Source: Dirinaria sp. TL-2023a
Taxonomy: Eukaryota
DNA length: 64,000 bases
Reading direction: 5' to 3'
Assembly (NCBI GenBank): GCA_051941275.1
Contig: JAVEBF010000006.1
Location: 1-64,000 of the forward strand
The notes below the pieces were generated by a model that was not told the DNA's origin, did no database searches, and worked only from the letters and a program-made list of their open reading frames with translations. The position numbers and the translations under genes were made by a program. This document shows, piece after piece, positions 36,290 to 49,134 of the stretch. How positions within the stretch are numbered: position 1 is the stretch's first letter; each line of letters begins with the position of its first letter.

Positions 36290-39142
36290 GACTCTTCTGC
36301 GCAGTGTAGCTTATTAGCAGGGGTCGGCAGCATCTTGTCAGCTGAGTCTATAACGCTTGCGTTACGGCGTTGAGTCTTCAAGGGAAAGTTCCCTACGCAG
36401 AATTCCCCAGCTTTGTTCCGTTTGTTTTGATTGTATATTCATTCTCCACCATCCATCAATCGGGTAATCATTCCTGACTCCATGTACATATACTGTCATT
36501 CAACACTGTAAATATGCAATGAGACGTCAACCCATTGTCAAAGCGTTTTTTATGGGCTACTGATCCTGCAGCATAAGAGCAGTGGCGATGGATGGCGTTT
36601 AGCATCCTTGCTCTTCTTCCCTTGTTACGAGCTTCTGTTTTGATGTGGACGTAAATAATGCTGTCCAGAAAAGAGCCAGGGCCCCATTTTGATTTCCCAG
36701 GTACAGTGAGTAATCTCCATGAATCTCGAATGATAACGGTATCGTCGATCCGTTGGAAGCGTACGTACATTTGTACATGCACAACGACACAGCTGAATGA
36801 TTTGACGAATCATACCTGAAACAATAAAGGCAAAGGCTTGCGCTGCTACATATATGCGCAGAAAGCATTTACCTGACTTCACCAACCGACAAGAAGCTCA
36901 GTCCATAACTGGCACTGGGCTCGTCTCTCCTTTTTGCCCTGTCAAGCGCTAAATTCTTCACAAACTCTTTTTCATAACTCGTGCTCGACATGTTCAGCCA
37001 GTCCTCCGTCATTCAGCGCTGTTCCACGTTCCCACTCTCCAACAACGCAACAACAGTCCCATCCCTCCTCTTCATCAACGGTGAGCTAGATGCACAGCCC
37101 AAAAATGCCAAATGGCAGCCTGTGGCCTCGGGTTACTTCCCAGGCGTTCAACTGACGCGATGCCTGGTGCTTGTGAAAAGGTCGGTGGATTATTCGGACA
37201 TGATGTATTTGAGACTCCGGTTTGTCGTTGAACATCTTTCCAGTTTTCATCCTTGCTTTCGGCGTCAATTGGCAGATCCTTTTTCTAAGGAGAAAATTAG
37301 GCAGCGAATTCGCGCTGCCGATGTTGACGTAAGGGACGAGACTAGTGCGACAGCCTCTGGAGGGTTAGAGATATTGGAAAATGCCTGGATTCGATGACCT
37401 GCAATGTTCCTAAAAAAGGAACATTGTCTATGGGCATATAACCCAGATACGTATAGGCATCTGGTGTTCGCTCACATATATGCTATAAAAAGCACCCTGA
37501 ACGAAAATAAAGAAGTCTACGAAATGAAATTATACCTGGAAGGTAACTAAAAGCACAAAAGCAACAAGATGTAATTACCTGGGACGCGGAGCTGGTCGTT
37601 GAAGAGTTCATTGAGTGGTGGAGAAGAAATTTTGACATCTAGACCTGAGCTATTGTGGGTTTGGTGATGTTGGAGCGCGAGATGTTGAAGACGGTGGTTC
37701 TTGAATAAAACGGTTCTCAGAAGATGGTGGAACCACTTCAAGCCTCCTGCAGAAAAATTCGGATTCCAGAGGTCTTAAGGTCATCCTTGCTGATGCCGTT
37801 GAACTCCCAGCGATCAAGGGCTGCTTCCGAAAGCAATAAAGGAGCAGGGTTTAAGCCAAGGCTTTTAGACAACTTATTCTTTTTCATCCTTGATGTCTCC
37901 GAATCTGTTCGTATCGGAGCTGCAGATGTCCATACATATTTCTGCCGTTTGATGCACATTTTCGCGCTTTAGTATTTGTCCTACATCCGGAGGGTTCGAA
38001 ACGGGGCCTGTCTTGACTGCGAAGATTATCGTGGAGTACGGCGATTCCCGTGCTCAGTTATATCTATACGATGTGATCGAGAGACTCAGCTCGTATTGTT
38101 GGCCAACGCTGCACTGCTTCTTAAAGTCTGCTCAAGCTCCATATCGATTCAGGAAAGCTTTGGATTCAATAATGCAGCCATCAGCGATCCCTTACTATAG
38201 GCGACCTTTGAGATCAGTTGATAATCGAGGACAGGCGCCTCTTTACCATTCTCGTTTTCAATCGTTTTCCTTCCAGAGTTTCTGGCCTCTTATTTTACTT
38301 TTCTCGTTAAGCTTATGAGCGAATACTGTAACAGCGAAACTTATGGTTCATGAGAGAGACGCAGCGTCTGCCACAACTATTGCCACCAGGTAGGCACCGT
38401 TTACCTACAATGGTCAATCAATTCCATGTCCTGTCTCCAGAATAAAGGAAGAGGCAAACAGGTATTAATCATAGCGCGGACCTCTAGACCGAGCTGTACC
38501 AGACAAGCAAGATGCACACATAGTATAATGGGATTAGAGGGGCAGTAAGCTTTCAGCAGACTTCGGATAGATAGGAATAGTGAATATCCGCAAAAGATAG
38601 GACAAGATAGAAACGTCCAAAGCAGGGCAAATAGTTGGTCCACTTCATGCATGGACAGCACAGAAATGGAAAACGTTTCGTCAGCAGCGAAAGCCAAGAT
38701 CCATGCTTGAACGCGCAGACACGTCATAGAATTGCAGGGAAATTGACATGTAGTGACAAGTCTGTTGACTGCCGTGCTGTCTTTGCCCATGAACTGTGGC
38801 AAAGATAATGTCTTCGATCATGAGGTTGTTTAAAGCATGCTGCTCTTAGATGAACATGAACAGCTTGTCGATTACTCGTGATGCATTTTAAATCTAGAAA
38901 TGCAATTACTGTGATAGCGCGGAAAAAAAGAACAGCTGAATATGATAACCACTTAGAAGATTAAGCCCCTTCGGAAATTCTCCCAAATATGTCATTCAAA
39001 CTTTGGCATCCGATGAGGCAGAACATATATGAATAAGTAGAATAGATAAATTGATGCGCGGTTGGAAAGGCCTGAAGAAGTGTCCAAAGGATGATAATGC
39101 CATTTTGTCATATCGCCATTGATGATGGCTCCATCCCCCCCA

Positions 39143-41770
39143 TTATTGCTCCTGCAAATACTGTATCACAGACTGGTGACCGTTTTCTTGCGCCAACTGC
39201 AACGGAGTTTTTCCTGCTCTATCCTCTGTTTCTTTTCCGTTAGAGGCTCCCCTTTCGCAAAGGAGCTTGACAACCACTCTTCTCCCATACCTTGCGCCGA
39301 TGTGCAAAGGCGTCCAGGCTTCGGCTTGACTAATCGCACTGAGCTCAGCTCCCGCATCAAGCAGCTGCCGACATATGCTTAGATTGCCAGCCTTAGCGGC
39401 GAACATAAGAGGAGTCCAGGCATCTTGGAATCTTTTGTTCGCGTCTGCGCCACAGAAGAGAAGTAAATGTACCACCTCCTCATGCTGCTGCTCGATGGCG
39501 TAATACAAGGGAGTAATTGGATCTCCAGGACCAATAGCGACATCCACATCAGCATTATAGAAGAGAAGCTTTTCAGCCGAATCTCTAGCACCAGCACGCG
39601 CTGCCATGTGAAGTGGACTTAGTCCAGTAGAGTGCTGTAAATTGGCATCGGCACCGGCCTCCAGGAGTGAGCTCAGAATGTCAAACCGTTCAACAGCGGC
39701 TCCGAGCGGTGTCGCAAGATTGAATTTATCTGATGCGTTGGGATCAACGCCCTTTGACAGCAGCAACTTTACCACATCGGTGTGCTTGCGTATGATCGCC
39801 TCGAACAATGCTGACCATTGGTCTGGATCAGAGTACTTCGCATCGGCGCCCGATTCTAAAAGCACTTTTGCTGCTTGGAATTGACCTTCATCCGCAGCTA
39901 AGATAAGTGGAGTTCGTTTGCGATTTTCGAGTGCGTCCACGAAGCTACCTGCTTCTATGAGGAGTTTGACCGCCTTCTCGTGACCGTAATAGGCAGCGAC
40001 ATGGAGAGCAGTCCATCCATTATTGTTGCGGAGGGAAGTGGTTGACCGATCTTTTGTAAGCTGAGACAACCCAACCGTATCCCCCACCTGCGCAGCAACG
40101 TGTACGGCCGTGTCACCTCTATGCCGAGCCTCATCGCTAAGCATGTAGCGGATTTCTGCCATGCCTTCACCGGCCGCGCTGTGAGTAGAGATCGTGCGAA
40201 TTGGATTATCGTGCAATAACAGCCAGAACTCAGGACCTGGACGCTCATGCGCCTCACTATCCCCTACAGCCAATGTCATGTACACAAAAGCTTCTTGAAC
40301 GCCGTGAGATCGAGCGAGCTTTCTTACTAAAAGAACAGGAGTCGCCCATTGCGGCTTTGGATAGATGATTCGACGTGTCAAAATATAAGCGGTACCATCT
40401 GCGCATGCGCTGTTAAAGCCTCTTATGGACTCCTCATGTTCATCCCTGCTGAGCGTCCCACCACAAAGGAAACTACGACCGGACGTCAAGCCGATACGAA
40501 AGACATATGCTCCAGATACAGCGGGAATACTTTCTTGGATCTTGTATGTTATCCATTCAGCATAGATTCCTCGTTTTTGGAAGTTCAGGTTGTCCATGAG
40601 ATCACCCTCTACGTCGTTCAGATAGGATGGAGCCCACCCATAACCTTCTTTCAACCGCGGTGAACCGTGTAGACATATCAAGCGGGTTGCGTCTTGATAC
40701 TGTGACTCGTAGATCACTTGCGTGGCTTCTTCTCTCGAGAATCTCGACTGCCAATGCAGCTTCAATAGGGGGAAAAACGCGCGGGCGTAATCTATGTCAT
40801 TTCCTGTTCTCCTGCCATAGCAAGCTTTAGATATGGCCGATAGGGTTATCTCAGAATCAGATCTAATTAAGCCGAGCATTGAGTTTTTGAGGACGAGTAA
40901 TTTTTCACTATCCCGGCCGCCAATGGTAACCGACAATTCATGTCGACGGCAGAGTTCCTTCAAGACGTCCTGGAAATCCGCGATCCCACTCGCGGTAAGA
41001 AGCAAAACTTTTGTAGCTAATTTAGCTTCTTGATACGTCCAGATCCTTGTTCTCCACTTGCCACAGCTTAAAGCAACGGCAATATCGACGGGATCCGTCG
41101 AGTGTAGTCTCAACACTATGGCGTCAAACACAATTACAGCTTCTGCTCTCTCGTATACCGAGGCCAAGGTATTGATGATATCTATCTTCAAGGCTTCTTC
41201 GCCCGAAGACAAAGTTCGGTTCCCACCCGCAATGGCCAAGCCATCTAGCCACAACCAGGTAGCGCCTACGGGCTCGATGATCTTGAAAATCTGGTCCAAA
41301 ATGTATCTTGGAAGCCCAAGATTCTGAGGGTCAGCCTGTATGCCTTCCTCCCACACATGAGATAGTGCCATGTAGCCATCCTTTCTGAGACTCCATTCTC
41401 CCTCCCGATTGACGCATAGAGCCGCCTTTTGCATGACGGAAGCTTGCATCAGCTCCAGCGGAGCCTTAACATAACATCCTTGACGCGCTTGTGAGATCAT
41501 ACTCGACAAGGTAGGCTCTAGCGCCACTTTCCGTAAAGACGCGAGTAAGGAATCGAAAGACAGAGCGTCATCGATGATTTTCAGATTTTCTTTCATCCCA
41601 GCAACCTTGCTGAGGACATTCGACAGCTCATCGGGGGTCCATTGACGCACTTCATTCATTGCAATCCTCCGCGCAATGGGAGGTGAAACTCCCCATCGTA
41701 AGGCGGTCTCTTGGAGTGCTCTTGAATGCGGATCTTTAAGCAGTGTCGTGGAGCCCGGCCCGTCACCCAT
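39143..41770 (-). CDS. HET-domain plus C-terminal ankyrin-repeat protein, 875 aa
   Basis: YMALSHVWEEG, LWLDGLAI, WRTRIWTYQEAKLA, then about 10 ankyrin repeats (GWTALHVAAYYGH, WTPLMFAAKAGN). No NACHT motifs. Confidence 0.92.
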   Translation of the reverse strand: MGDGPGSTTLLKDPHSRALQETALRWGVSPPIARRIAMNEVRQWTPDELSNVLSKVAGMKENLKIIDDALSFDSLLASLRKVALEPTLSSMISQARQGCYVKAPLELMQASVMQKAALCVNREGEWSLRKDGYMALSHVWEEGIQADPQNLGLPRYILDQIFKIIEPVGATWLWLDGLAIAGGNRTLSSGEEALKIDIINTLASVYERAEAVIVFDAIVLRLHSTDPVDIAVALSCGKWRTRIWTYQEAKLATKVLLLTASGIADFQDVLKELCRRHELSVTIGGRDSEKLLVLKNSMLGLIRSDSEITLSAISKACYGRRTGNDIDYARAFFPLLKLHWQSRFSREEATQVIYESQYQDATRLICLHGSPRLKEGYGWAPSYLNDVEGDLMDNLNFQKRGIYAEWITYKIQESIPAVSGAYVFRIGLTSGRSFLCGGTLSRDEHEESIRGFNSACADGTAYILTRRIIYPKPQWATPVLLVRKLARSHGVQEAFVYMTLAVGDSEAHERPGPEFWLLLHDNPIRTISTHSAAGEGMAEIRYMLSDEARHRGDTAVHVAAQVGDTVGLSQLTKDRSTTSLRNNNGWTALHVAAYYGHEKAVKLLIEAGSFVDALENRKRTPLILAADEGQFQAAKVLLESGADAKYSDPDQWSALFEAIIRKHTDVVKLLLSKGVDPNASDKFNLATPLGAAVERFDILSSLLEAGADANLQHSTGLSPLHMAARAGARDSAEKLLFYNADVDVAIGPGDPITPLYYAIEQQHEEVVHLLLFCGADANKRFQDAWTPLMFAAKAGNLSICRQLLDAGAELSAISQAEAWTPLHIGARYGRRVVVKLLCERGASNGKETEDRAGKTPLQLAQENGHQSVIQYLQEQ

Positions 41771-42362
41771 TCTCGTACCAATGTTCGTTCTCGACTTTGC
41801 CTGATGGCTGCTAAAAACAATGCAGTCGCAAAGATAATCACTGCCTTTTCTTGTTCATATATAGTCAAGCAAGAAAGACTAAGAGTGGCGCTGTTCCGTA
41901 GGCTGTCAGCCTCGTCGATCAATTTGAATGGGCCTGCAGATCAGTGCATCGGGCCAACTTCTCAAGCCCATCGATTGACTGAAAACGGAGAGCAGATTCC
42001 TCGGGAATATGTGACCATTGGCCTCGCCATTTTTCCCATTGACCTCGATTGCTCGTGTATCAGCCATAGCAGCCTCTCACACATTCAATCAAAATGCAGT
42101 ATTATTCTCTGTTGCTCAGTGGTGATTGGGATAGTGATCTTTGCATCTCCCATGTTAAACCCGTGGCGCAGCGTGAATCCGCTTTCTCTCCCACGGCCCG
42201 ATTGAGCCCTTGTGAGCGGAAAATCAGTCGGCCCGAAATTTCTGCCACGTAGAGCGTCAGCTGAGCGCGAAATACGGTGGTACCTGCTTCTCCGCCGTCA
42301 TCTCCAGCATCATCACCAATTATCTCTTAGTCCTGGTAACACAACAGGAATTCCTCCCAGGG

Positions 42363-43652
42363 ATGTTCCTCCCTTTCCAGTCAAGGCTCCTAATAAACCG
42401 GTCCGATACCCCGACCGGCTCTGAAATCCACTCACAATGGCACAGCCCTTCAGACATCCTCTCACTGCTGATGATCATAGGGGGCGACATTGTACAAAAG
42501 ACCCTCGCTCAGCAGTCAGGACGATGGTTCACGCCCGTATGCTTCAGCTTTGGATGGGTCGCTTATTCATTCACCACGCTGCTTGCTCTCGTCGGCGACG
42601 GCAGGTTAATGCCTGAGCCGGATTACGGCTGTAAGGTGTTCAATGTCAAGACAGGCTATGCGCGCGAAAATCGCAGTTGGACTTTGGGTCGAGTGCTACG
42701 AGACAATGAAGGACCTCTTAGGGACGATGAGGCGCTATGCGTGACGATTTACGATGCGGAAACCCCAAGCGACGGAACGGATAAGCCAGCGAAGATGTCC
42801 ATGGGCAAGTCTGCAGTTTTTGGCACTGCGATCATGGCCGTGCAATTTGGTATTGCAGCGATTCCGCTTGGCCTCTACTTAGACTGGGGGGTGTTCGTGG
42901 TTACTGGTGTTGGGACTCTGCTGGCTTTATTGACGGGCGGGTTGCCTCAGTGGAAAGTAGAGAAATTTGCCTGCCGTAAGGCTTCCAGGAAGATAATTGC
43001 TCTCACTCAGGGAAATGGTTCAAGACACGTCATGATCATAAAGGGTAATGGGGTAGGTCTTGATCTCGAAGATCTTGCCGGTGGCGAAGGTCCTCGTGTC
43101 AGCCGATCATGGAATGAGTTCGGTCTTTTCGTGCGTACAGTGTTCAGAGACGGGCGTCCGGTCATGGTTGACAGCAGGGGGAAAGTAGTAGAGAATGGCG
43201 GCAGTCCCAAGCGTGAAGCGAAGCTTTTCTGGAATCTCCCTCTGGATTTCTGGCTGACGCGGCTGGGCTGTGTTCTCCTTTCATGTTGTTGGATGGCATT
43301 ATTGATTACAGTATCTGGGTTGGAGCAGAATTCTTGGTATCTCATCGCCGTTGGAGCAATAGGCATGTTACAAAACGTCTATGTTGCCGGCGTACCGCGC
43401 AAACCTGAAGCTCGCGGGCTCTATCTGAGACGTCATAGTGAACGAATTACAGGGACTAAGGTAATGGATGTGTTGATGGATTTGGAAATGATCGTAGAGA
43501 AAGCCGGTGCATGTCTGCTGGATGAGTTCCTCCCAGGTTTTAGGACCGAGAATGAGAAAGCGTGGTGGAGTGGTGACCGAGAGGCATACGACGCCCAAAG
43601 AATCACTGAGGCTGATTCTAAAATTCGAGGTACGCCCTATCACCGTAAATAG
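42363..43652 (+). CDS. Multi-pass membrane protein of unknown function, 429 aa
   Basis: Intronless ORF with several hydrophobic segments and family-like blocks QWHSPSDILSLLMIIGGDIVQKTLAQ, PVCFSFGWVAY, GYARENRSWTLGRVLRD, LPQWKVEK, LTQGNGSRH, GLDLEDLA, GAIGMLQN. Confidence 0.85.
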   Translation: MFLPFQSRLLINRSDTPTGSEIHSQWHSPSDILSLLMIIGGDIVQKTLAQQSGRWFTPVCFSFGWVAYSFTTLLALVGDGRLMPEPDYGCKVFNVKTGYARENRSWTLGRVLRDNEGPLRDDEALCVTIYDAETPSDGTDKPAKMSMGKSAVFGTAIMAVQFGIAAIPLGLYLDWGVFVVTGVGTLLALLTGGLPQWKVEKFACRKASRKIIALTQGNGSRHVMIIKGNGVGLDLEDLAGGEGPRVSRSWNEFGLFVRTVFRDGRPVMVDSRGKVVENGGSPKREAKLFWNLPLDFWLTRLGCVLLSCCWMALLITVSGLEQNSWYLIAVGAIGMLQNVYVAGVPRKPEARGLYLRRHSERITGTKVMDVLMDLEMIVEKAGACLLDEFLPGFRTENEKAWWSGDREAYDAQRITEADSKIRGTPYHRK

Positions 43653-45077
43653 GAGGGTGCTCTTTGCAGTAGCACAGAGTATTATCAGCACAATTATACT
43701 CAGATCAACTACTTTCCTTCATAAGAGAGACACAACAGTTCATTCAGCCTCCTCACTTTTATAAGCTAAGCCTGTTCAAAGGGAGAAATGTAGATTTCAA
43801 GGATCTCATCTGCATGGCAATGAGTAGCTATTCTAACCACTTCGCTCCAATCGCCTTTTTCTTCACGGGATAATTTCTCGATGTGCGCGCTAGCCAGCTT
43901 CGAAAGAAAGTTTTACTCGTTCTACCATTGTCATAATTTATTTCTGGCTTGGCCAGTACAATCAATGCAGGTAGTTATCGAAAGTCGTTGATGCAATGCT
44001 TTATTTGATCTCTGACATATCAGCTCCCAACCTGCTTGGCTCCAACGCGGCTCGCGAGAGAGTATTTGGCCAATTTGAGGCGAGCATCCTGTTTCCTTGC
44101 TCTATATTACAGTTAAATGCACTATGGCCAACGAATTGAAAAATCCTGCCCAACTACACAGCTACACAACTGCACAGTTTACTTGCCATGGTAAGTGAAG
44201 CAGTTACCTCAGATCAAGAACTCGGCACGAGCTTTCCGATACGTGAGACGCATCGATCGAGCATCACTCATGGAATGCAATCGCAGGAACTCGGTCAAAT
44301 GTTGGAACATTCTTTCTCGCAAGCTTTGCTAGCCAGCACGCAGCGAGGAATGCTCTCCTCAGAGTTATTCATCCAATCTTAACTCTCATCAGCTTTGGAA
44401 AGCGCTATGTCATTGAAAAGCTGGAAAGACATGACACCCATATGAGAACTTTGCGAATTACCTGCTTGCGTCTAGGACAGAGAACACTAGATCTTCTAAT
44501 TATCGAGGATCAGAGCTTTAATTCCCAAGCATATTGCGATGATTAGTACCGCAAGACACGTGAGGATCTAGCCCACGAGTTAGATAATATTTAAGACAAT
44601 GAGCTTCTTATGGAGCCTGCCCGGCCCAAGGAAGCTGATGAGCTGGGTTGCTTCAAAGGCGAGTGTCGTTTGGAAGTTTTTGCTCATAAAACACCTATTG
44701 CCGTATCTCAGCTCTTGCTATTCGTTGTGCATGATTCGAGCACATTCTTCTAGACTGCCAAAAATGTAGCGCTCAATAGGTGGTCTGGCGATTTCCAACT
44801 TCTCGATCACATTACATTCTTCGATCCAACAACATTTCCCAAGCAAAAGGGCCACGTGGTTGACTCTTCATGTTACTTTCATCCCATAGCTCTCGTCAAG
44901 CCAATCGTTTCAGATGCTCATGCAACGCTCACACCACCAGCCGATGAAGATACGAAAACGGTGCTTTGTTGAAGGTACCAAATCAAAGAGAAGGTCAGGA
45001 TTCTGGGCCTCAATACCTGGATGCCTTTTTGGTATCTTTCACCTGTTGCTGACATGCTACCCTGCAAAGATCGATGT

Positions 45078-45095
45078 CAACAACAACAACAACAA
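45078..45095. repeat. (CAA)6 microsatellite
   Basis: caacaacaacaacaacaa in intergenic DNA. Confidence 0.7.
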
Positions 45096-45673
45096 CCTTC
45101 GTCTATCAGTCGATCATTCCCGCCTTGCATAGCTGTGCACTTCTGCTTTCCTGAACAGAATATCTCTCCCGGCGCTTGTTTAATATTATTTCGTTGCATA
45201 CTTTACACCTGAAAGGAGGAATCGACTTCTAGGGTGCGAGCGCCGAATGGTATCAGTATCCGTATCTCGTTCCTGAAGGAAGCACCTGTAGAATACGGAA
45301 CACGGCAGTCAAGACCTGGAGCTGCCGGCGCGGGGGCTACATTGCTCTAGACGCTCTCGAGACGCTCGTCTATATGCGTTCCAATAGATTCGCGGTATCG
45401 TGCGCTGGACTCGCTAGTTCACCGTTAGTCCCGCATGAGCCAAATTAATTTCTGCATCGCACGAGCTTGAAGCCGAATACGACCAACGTTCTCGAATTCT
45501 CGAGTCGATTTTTCGACTTAATTGGTTAAATGATTGATGGAGCTTTCCCAAGCTTTTCCATAGGTATCCAACAAGCACGACGATTCGTGGCACCAATAGC
45601 TACAGAGAGTAATATTATTGATCGTACCAGCCGTACCACAAGTATGTACAAAGAAGGAAATTCTAGAACGAAA

Positions 45674-47022
45674 TTACAAACTCGCCGTCGCCTGCTTTGC
45701 AGCCATGGTTTTCGCATGTGCTGTGCCCAGGTTTGCGGACTCGCTCCCAGCCGTCGCATTATAATAGATTGCATAATTGTCGTAGGGATTCGTCCCATCT
45801 GCAAAACTTGTTGCGAACTGCCAGTACGCGTCGGAGGCAATACTGGTCTTCGACACGATTGTCGACTGCCACTGAGGGAAATATTGCTCTTGCAGCGCCG
45901 CGGTGGGGGCGGCATACTCCTCCAACACCACTGGCTTACCTGCAGCTTTACCAATGGCATTATGCTGGGTGATCCAGGTATTACCCCAAGAATAGTTATA
46001 ACCCCACTGGTCCGGATACATATGGAAAGTGCCATAGTCGATCGTGGAGATGGCGAGGTTCTTCACAAAGTCGACACCTTCGTACCCGCTATAAGCGTAG
46101 GTACCGTCTCCACCGCTGAAGCTAGGCTGAAGCCAGCCCTCATCACCGAGAGAAACCATGTGGTTGCAGTCAAGAGACTTGATATAGGCCGAGATCGAAG
46201 TCGCCCAGTTGGTGATGACTGAAGATGCGCAACCAGAACAGCGTGGCTCATTACACAACTCCCAGCTGAAGATGGCAGTCGAGGTTTTGTATCGATTAAC
46301 AATGAACTTGATGTAGTTCTTGTATGCAGCTTGGCTTTTGGCGTCCGTGTAGAAGGATGTGTGGTTACCGCCGTATGCATTGGTGTAGGTGTTAATGCCA
46401 CCCAACGCATCAAAGTTGTTCAAAAGCGGAAGCACAAGCTGGACACCATATTTTTTCGCTGACGATAGTGCATAGTCCAGTCGCCCAATCCCTTGACCAG
46501 AATGTCAGTTGAATTATTTTGCATTAGTGAGAAAAAATTGTTCCTCACCAGTGTTTGAATCCATATTGAAATATTGGCCAGTTGAATTGAGGACCTGGTA
46601 GTAAACGTTGGTTTCCGTGGCCGCATTGTTGGTGGTACCAAATCCCCAGACACGTGCAGTTTTGAAGCCACTCTAATCACAGTTAATTCATGCTCAACGA
46701 ACAGTTTCAGAAACTTGATACTGACCGCAGCGATTTGGGACATGGCTTGGTCGACATCAGCGTTGCTGGTTAGATGACCAAGATACCAAGCATTTGTCCC
46801 TACATAAGTGTCAACAACGGTTTGCTTTCCAAGAGCGCGTTTAAACGAACCAGAAAAGTACTCCACTTTCCCTGCAATGTTGAAGAGCCTGCCACTAGTG
46901 GAAGGGTACGTGGTACCCCGGGCTTCAATGGAGACGGCAGCTTTGTCATGAGTAGGGGCAGGTGCACTCCTGACGAGGCTGAGGCCGGCGCACAACAGCG
47001 AAAGGACTACTTGGAGATACAT
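45674..47022 (-). CDS. Secreted GH5 endo-1,4-beta-mannanase (GH5_7-like), no CBM, multi-exon
   Basis: Signal peptide; GTNAWY; RVWGF; WELCNEPRC (acid/base Glu); LGDEG; TFHMYPDQWG; KPVVLEEY (nucleophile Glu). Confidence 0.93.
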
Positions 47023-49134
47023 ATTGGTGAGAGCTCAGAACGTAGTGAAAAGGTCCTGTTGCAAGTTGAGAGCGAGACATGGCTTCTTATACCTGTCCAG
47101 TGTGAATAATGCTCTCTCTAAGGCTTGCGAGATGGACAATTTGCATGTTCCTGGTCCGAAATGGCCATCACCTAGATCCTTGCTATCGCAGTGATCATAC
47201 CTTAGGCTCAAGACCTACAGCGGTGCCTTAGCTTTCGATAGTGTTAAAGAAGTAGCCACGGAAACTAATTTAGTGTCTTGTGCAAGGGGCTCAACATTGT
47301 GGAATTGCGGGGGACCTGATTCTCGCCACTTTGCTCATTGGTGAAAATGGCCTGTTCCAGTGACATGGATACGTTATGTATGCATGAGGTACTGTGGTCC
47401 AGATACGGTAGGTGGCACCTTAGTTCCCGCCTAAAAGCAATTGGTTGGAGTTAGATATACTAAAGCGTCCCTAGCATCTCTCGTGTTCAGTGACTCCGGC
47501 TCATCAAATGCTTGTTGCTAAGACACCCGGCTTTGCTGGAGAACCAAATACCACTAGCAAGCGTTCGAGAACATTCTTAGCAGCACGCAGATCTCACGTC
47601 CATACATCTACCAAGCGTGTGTCTAGATAGATTACCGAACGTAGTCCGCCTTCCTCATATACAGGGTTTCCAGCGTGCTGTTCCTCACATAATAGCGTAG
47701 CACTTGCGGTACATTTTGACATATGACAGCAGGCACTAATGAAGCAAGCTTTTGCACCATTGATGCTTGAGGTTGGGAACTGTATTGAGGGATAGGAAAA
47801 TGGGAGTCGGGGTCAGGCTTTTCAATTGGGTCTGGACTCCACAAGGCCTAAGTTGCAGCTTTTGGGTCGTACACTTTCAAAAGAATCGACTAATTTTTGC
47901 CGCATGATATGTAGCAATTTGACTGCAGTATATGTGCTTCTCGACCAAGCCTCTTGTCCAAGGACACGGGATCGTTGCATTGTCGTCACCTATAGGGCTT
48001 TGTTTTTCAGAACAGCCAGAATAAGCGGTGAGGGCAGTGTTGCAACATACTATCTTGGCACAAAGAAATACTATTGACGATACGAAAGTAGCGGTTACTC
48101 ATTACTCAGGTATCGTATGATCAGGCCACACCTCCAGCTGAATCAATAAATTGAACCAGATATTGAATTTCAAATTTTTCTCATCTGCTCGCTTCTGAAT
48201 GAACTTTTTTTTGACAGAGTCAAAGCGTTGACATATGCACATTTTAGGCTTTCCTCACGTAATGGGCTTGTATTAGCTCTTTCGCATGCGAGTCTGGTCA
48301 TCAGCGAAGGCATATCTGCGGCTGAAGTCGATCGATTGCTGTTTGATCCAATGGTTGCTTGCTGGGCCTGTCTACCGAGCTGCTTTCGGGACACCTTCGT
48401 CTACCGTGGCTTGAGCTTCAACCAAGTCAGCAAAATCCGCATTTCCTTTCCACTTTCGTTCTAGGAAGAAAGATGGTCCACCATCCCAATGCTGTTTTCA
48501 GTCTTGTACGCTGCAGCGTAAAAGATAGCGACAAGAAGGCAGTCCACAGTTCACACGAGCTGATTGATATTGCCGCTGATGTAATCCGGAGCTTTTGGAA
48601 GCCTGGACTTCGAGAGCTGCCTCCCCTGAGCTAAAAATGACTTTCAAACTGATCTTGCTACTCTCCTTCAGACAGTTCAGATGGGAAAAACGTGGAATAG
48701 AAGGAGGAACGACGTCTGTCACTTCGGTATGTCAACAGAAGACTTCTGAATTTTTCTAGCCTCAAGAAACATGATGAAGACGTTGCAGAATGACTAGAGT
48801 AAGCGTAAAGAATAATAACGAGAAGGATCAAAGATATACCTATGTAGGGTCAAATGGAAGAATGAGGCGGAAATGCAGCCAAGTCGAGTCAGCCGGTGAA
48901 AAGAGCAACCGACAACCGAAGTTTTGCCGGAGATTTCGCTGGTGGCTTCTTTTTAACCAAGTAGACAGTCACGATGATATACTATCAGCGAGAGGTTTTT
49001 CCCCTTTACCAAACTAGTAATCCTCTACCAGAGATCTGAAATTACGTCCAGACTGCGGACGTCTGCGACACTGAGTATGATGAAATGTGATCAACGCTAC
49101 TACTCCACTACAACTGTTACGCCCACTGTCTAGC

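Noticed and set aside
37402..37426. 10-bp perfect hairpin CAATGTTCCT-AAAAA-AGGAACATTG
   Set aside because: Isolated, with no target duplication or gene context; plausible by chance in 64 kb.
36981..38802. Short ORFs suggesting a decayed gene
   Set aside because: No recognisable family motif could be assembled by eye; an HMM or TBLASTN search is needed.
45530..46222. 230-aa plus-strand ORF and other overlapping ORFs such as 43007-43366 and 58408-58977
   Set aside because: Antisense or out-of-frame shadows of well-supported genes, with no motifs of their own.
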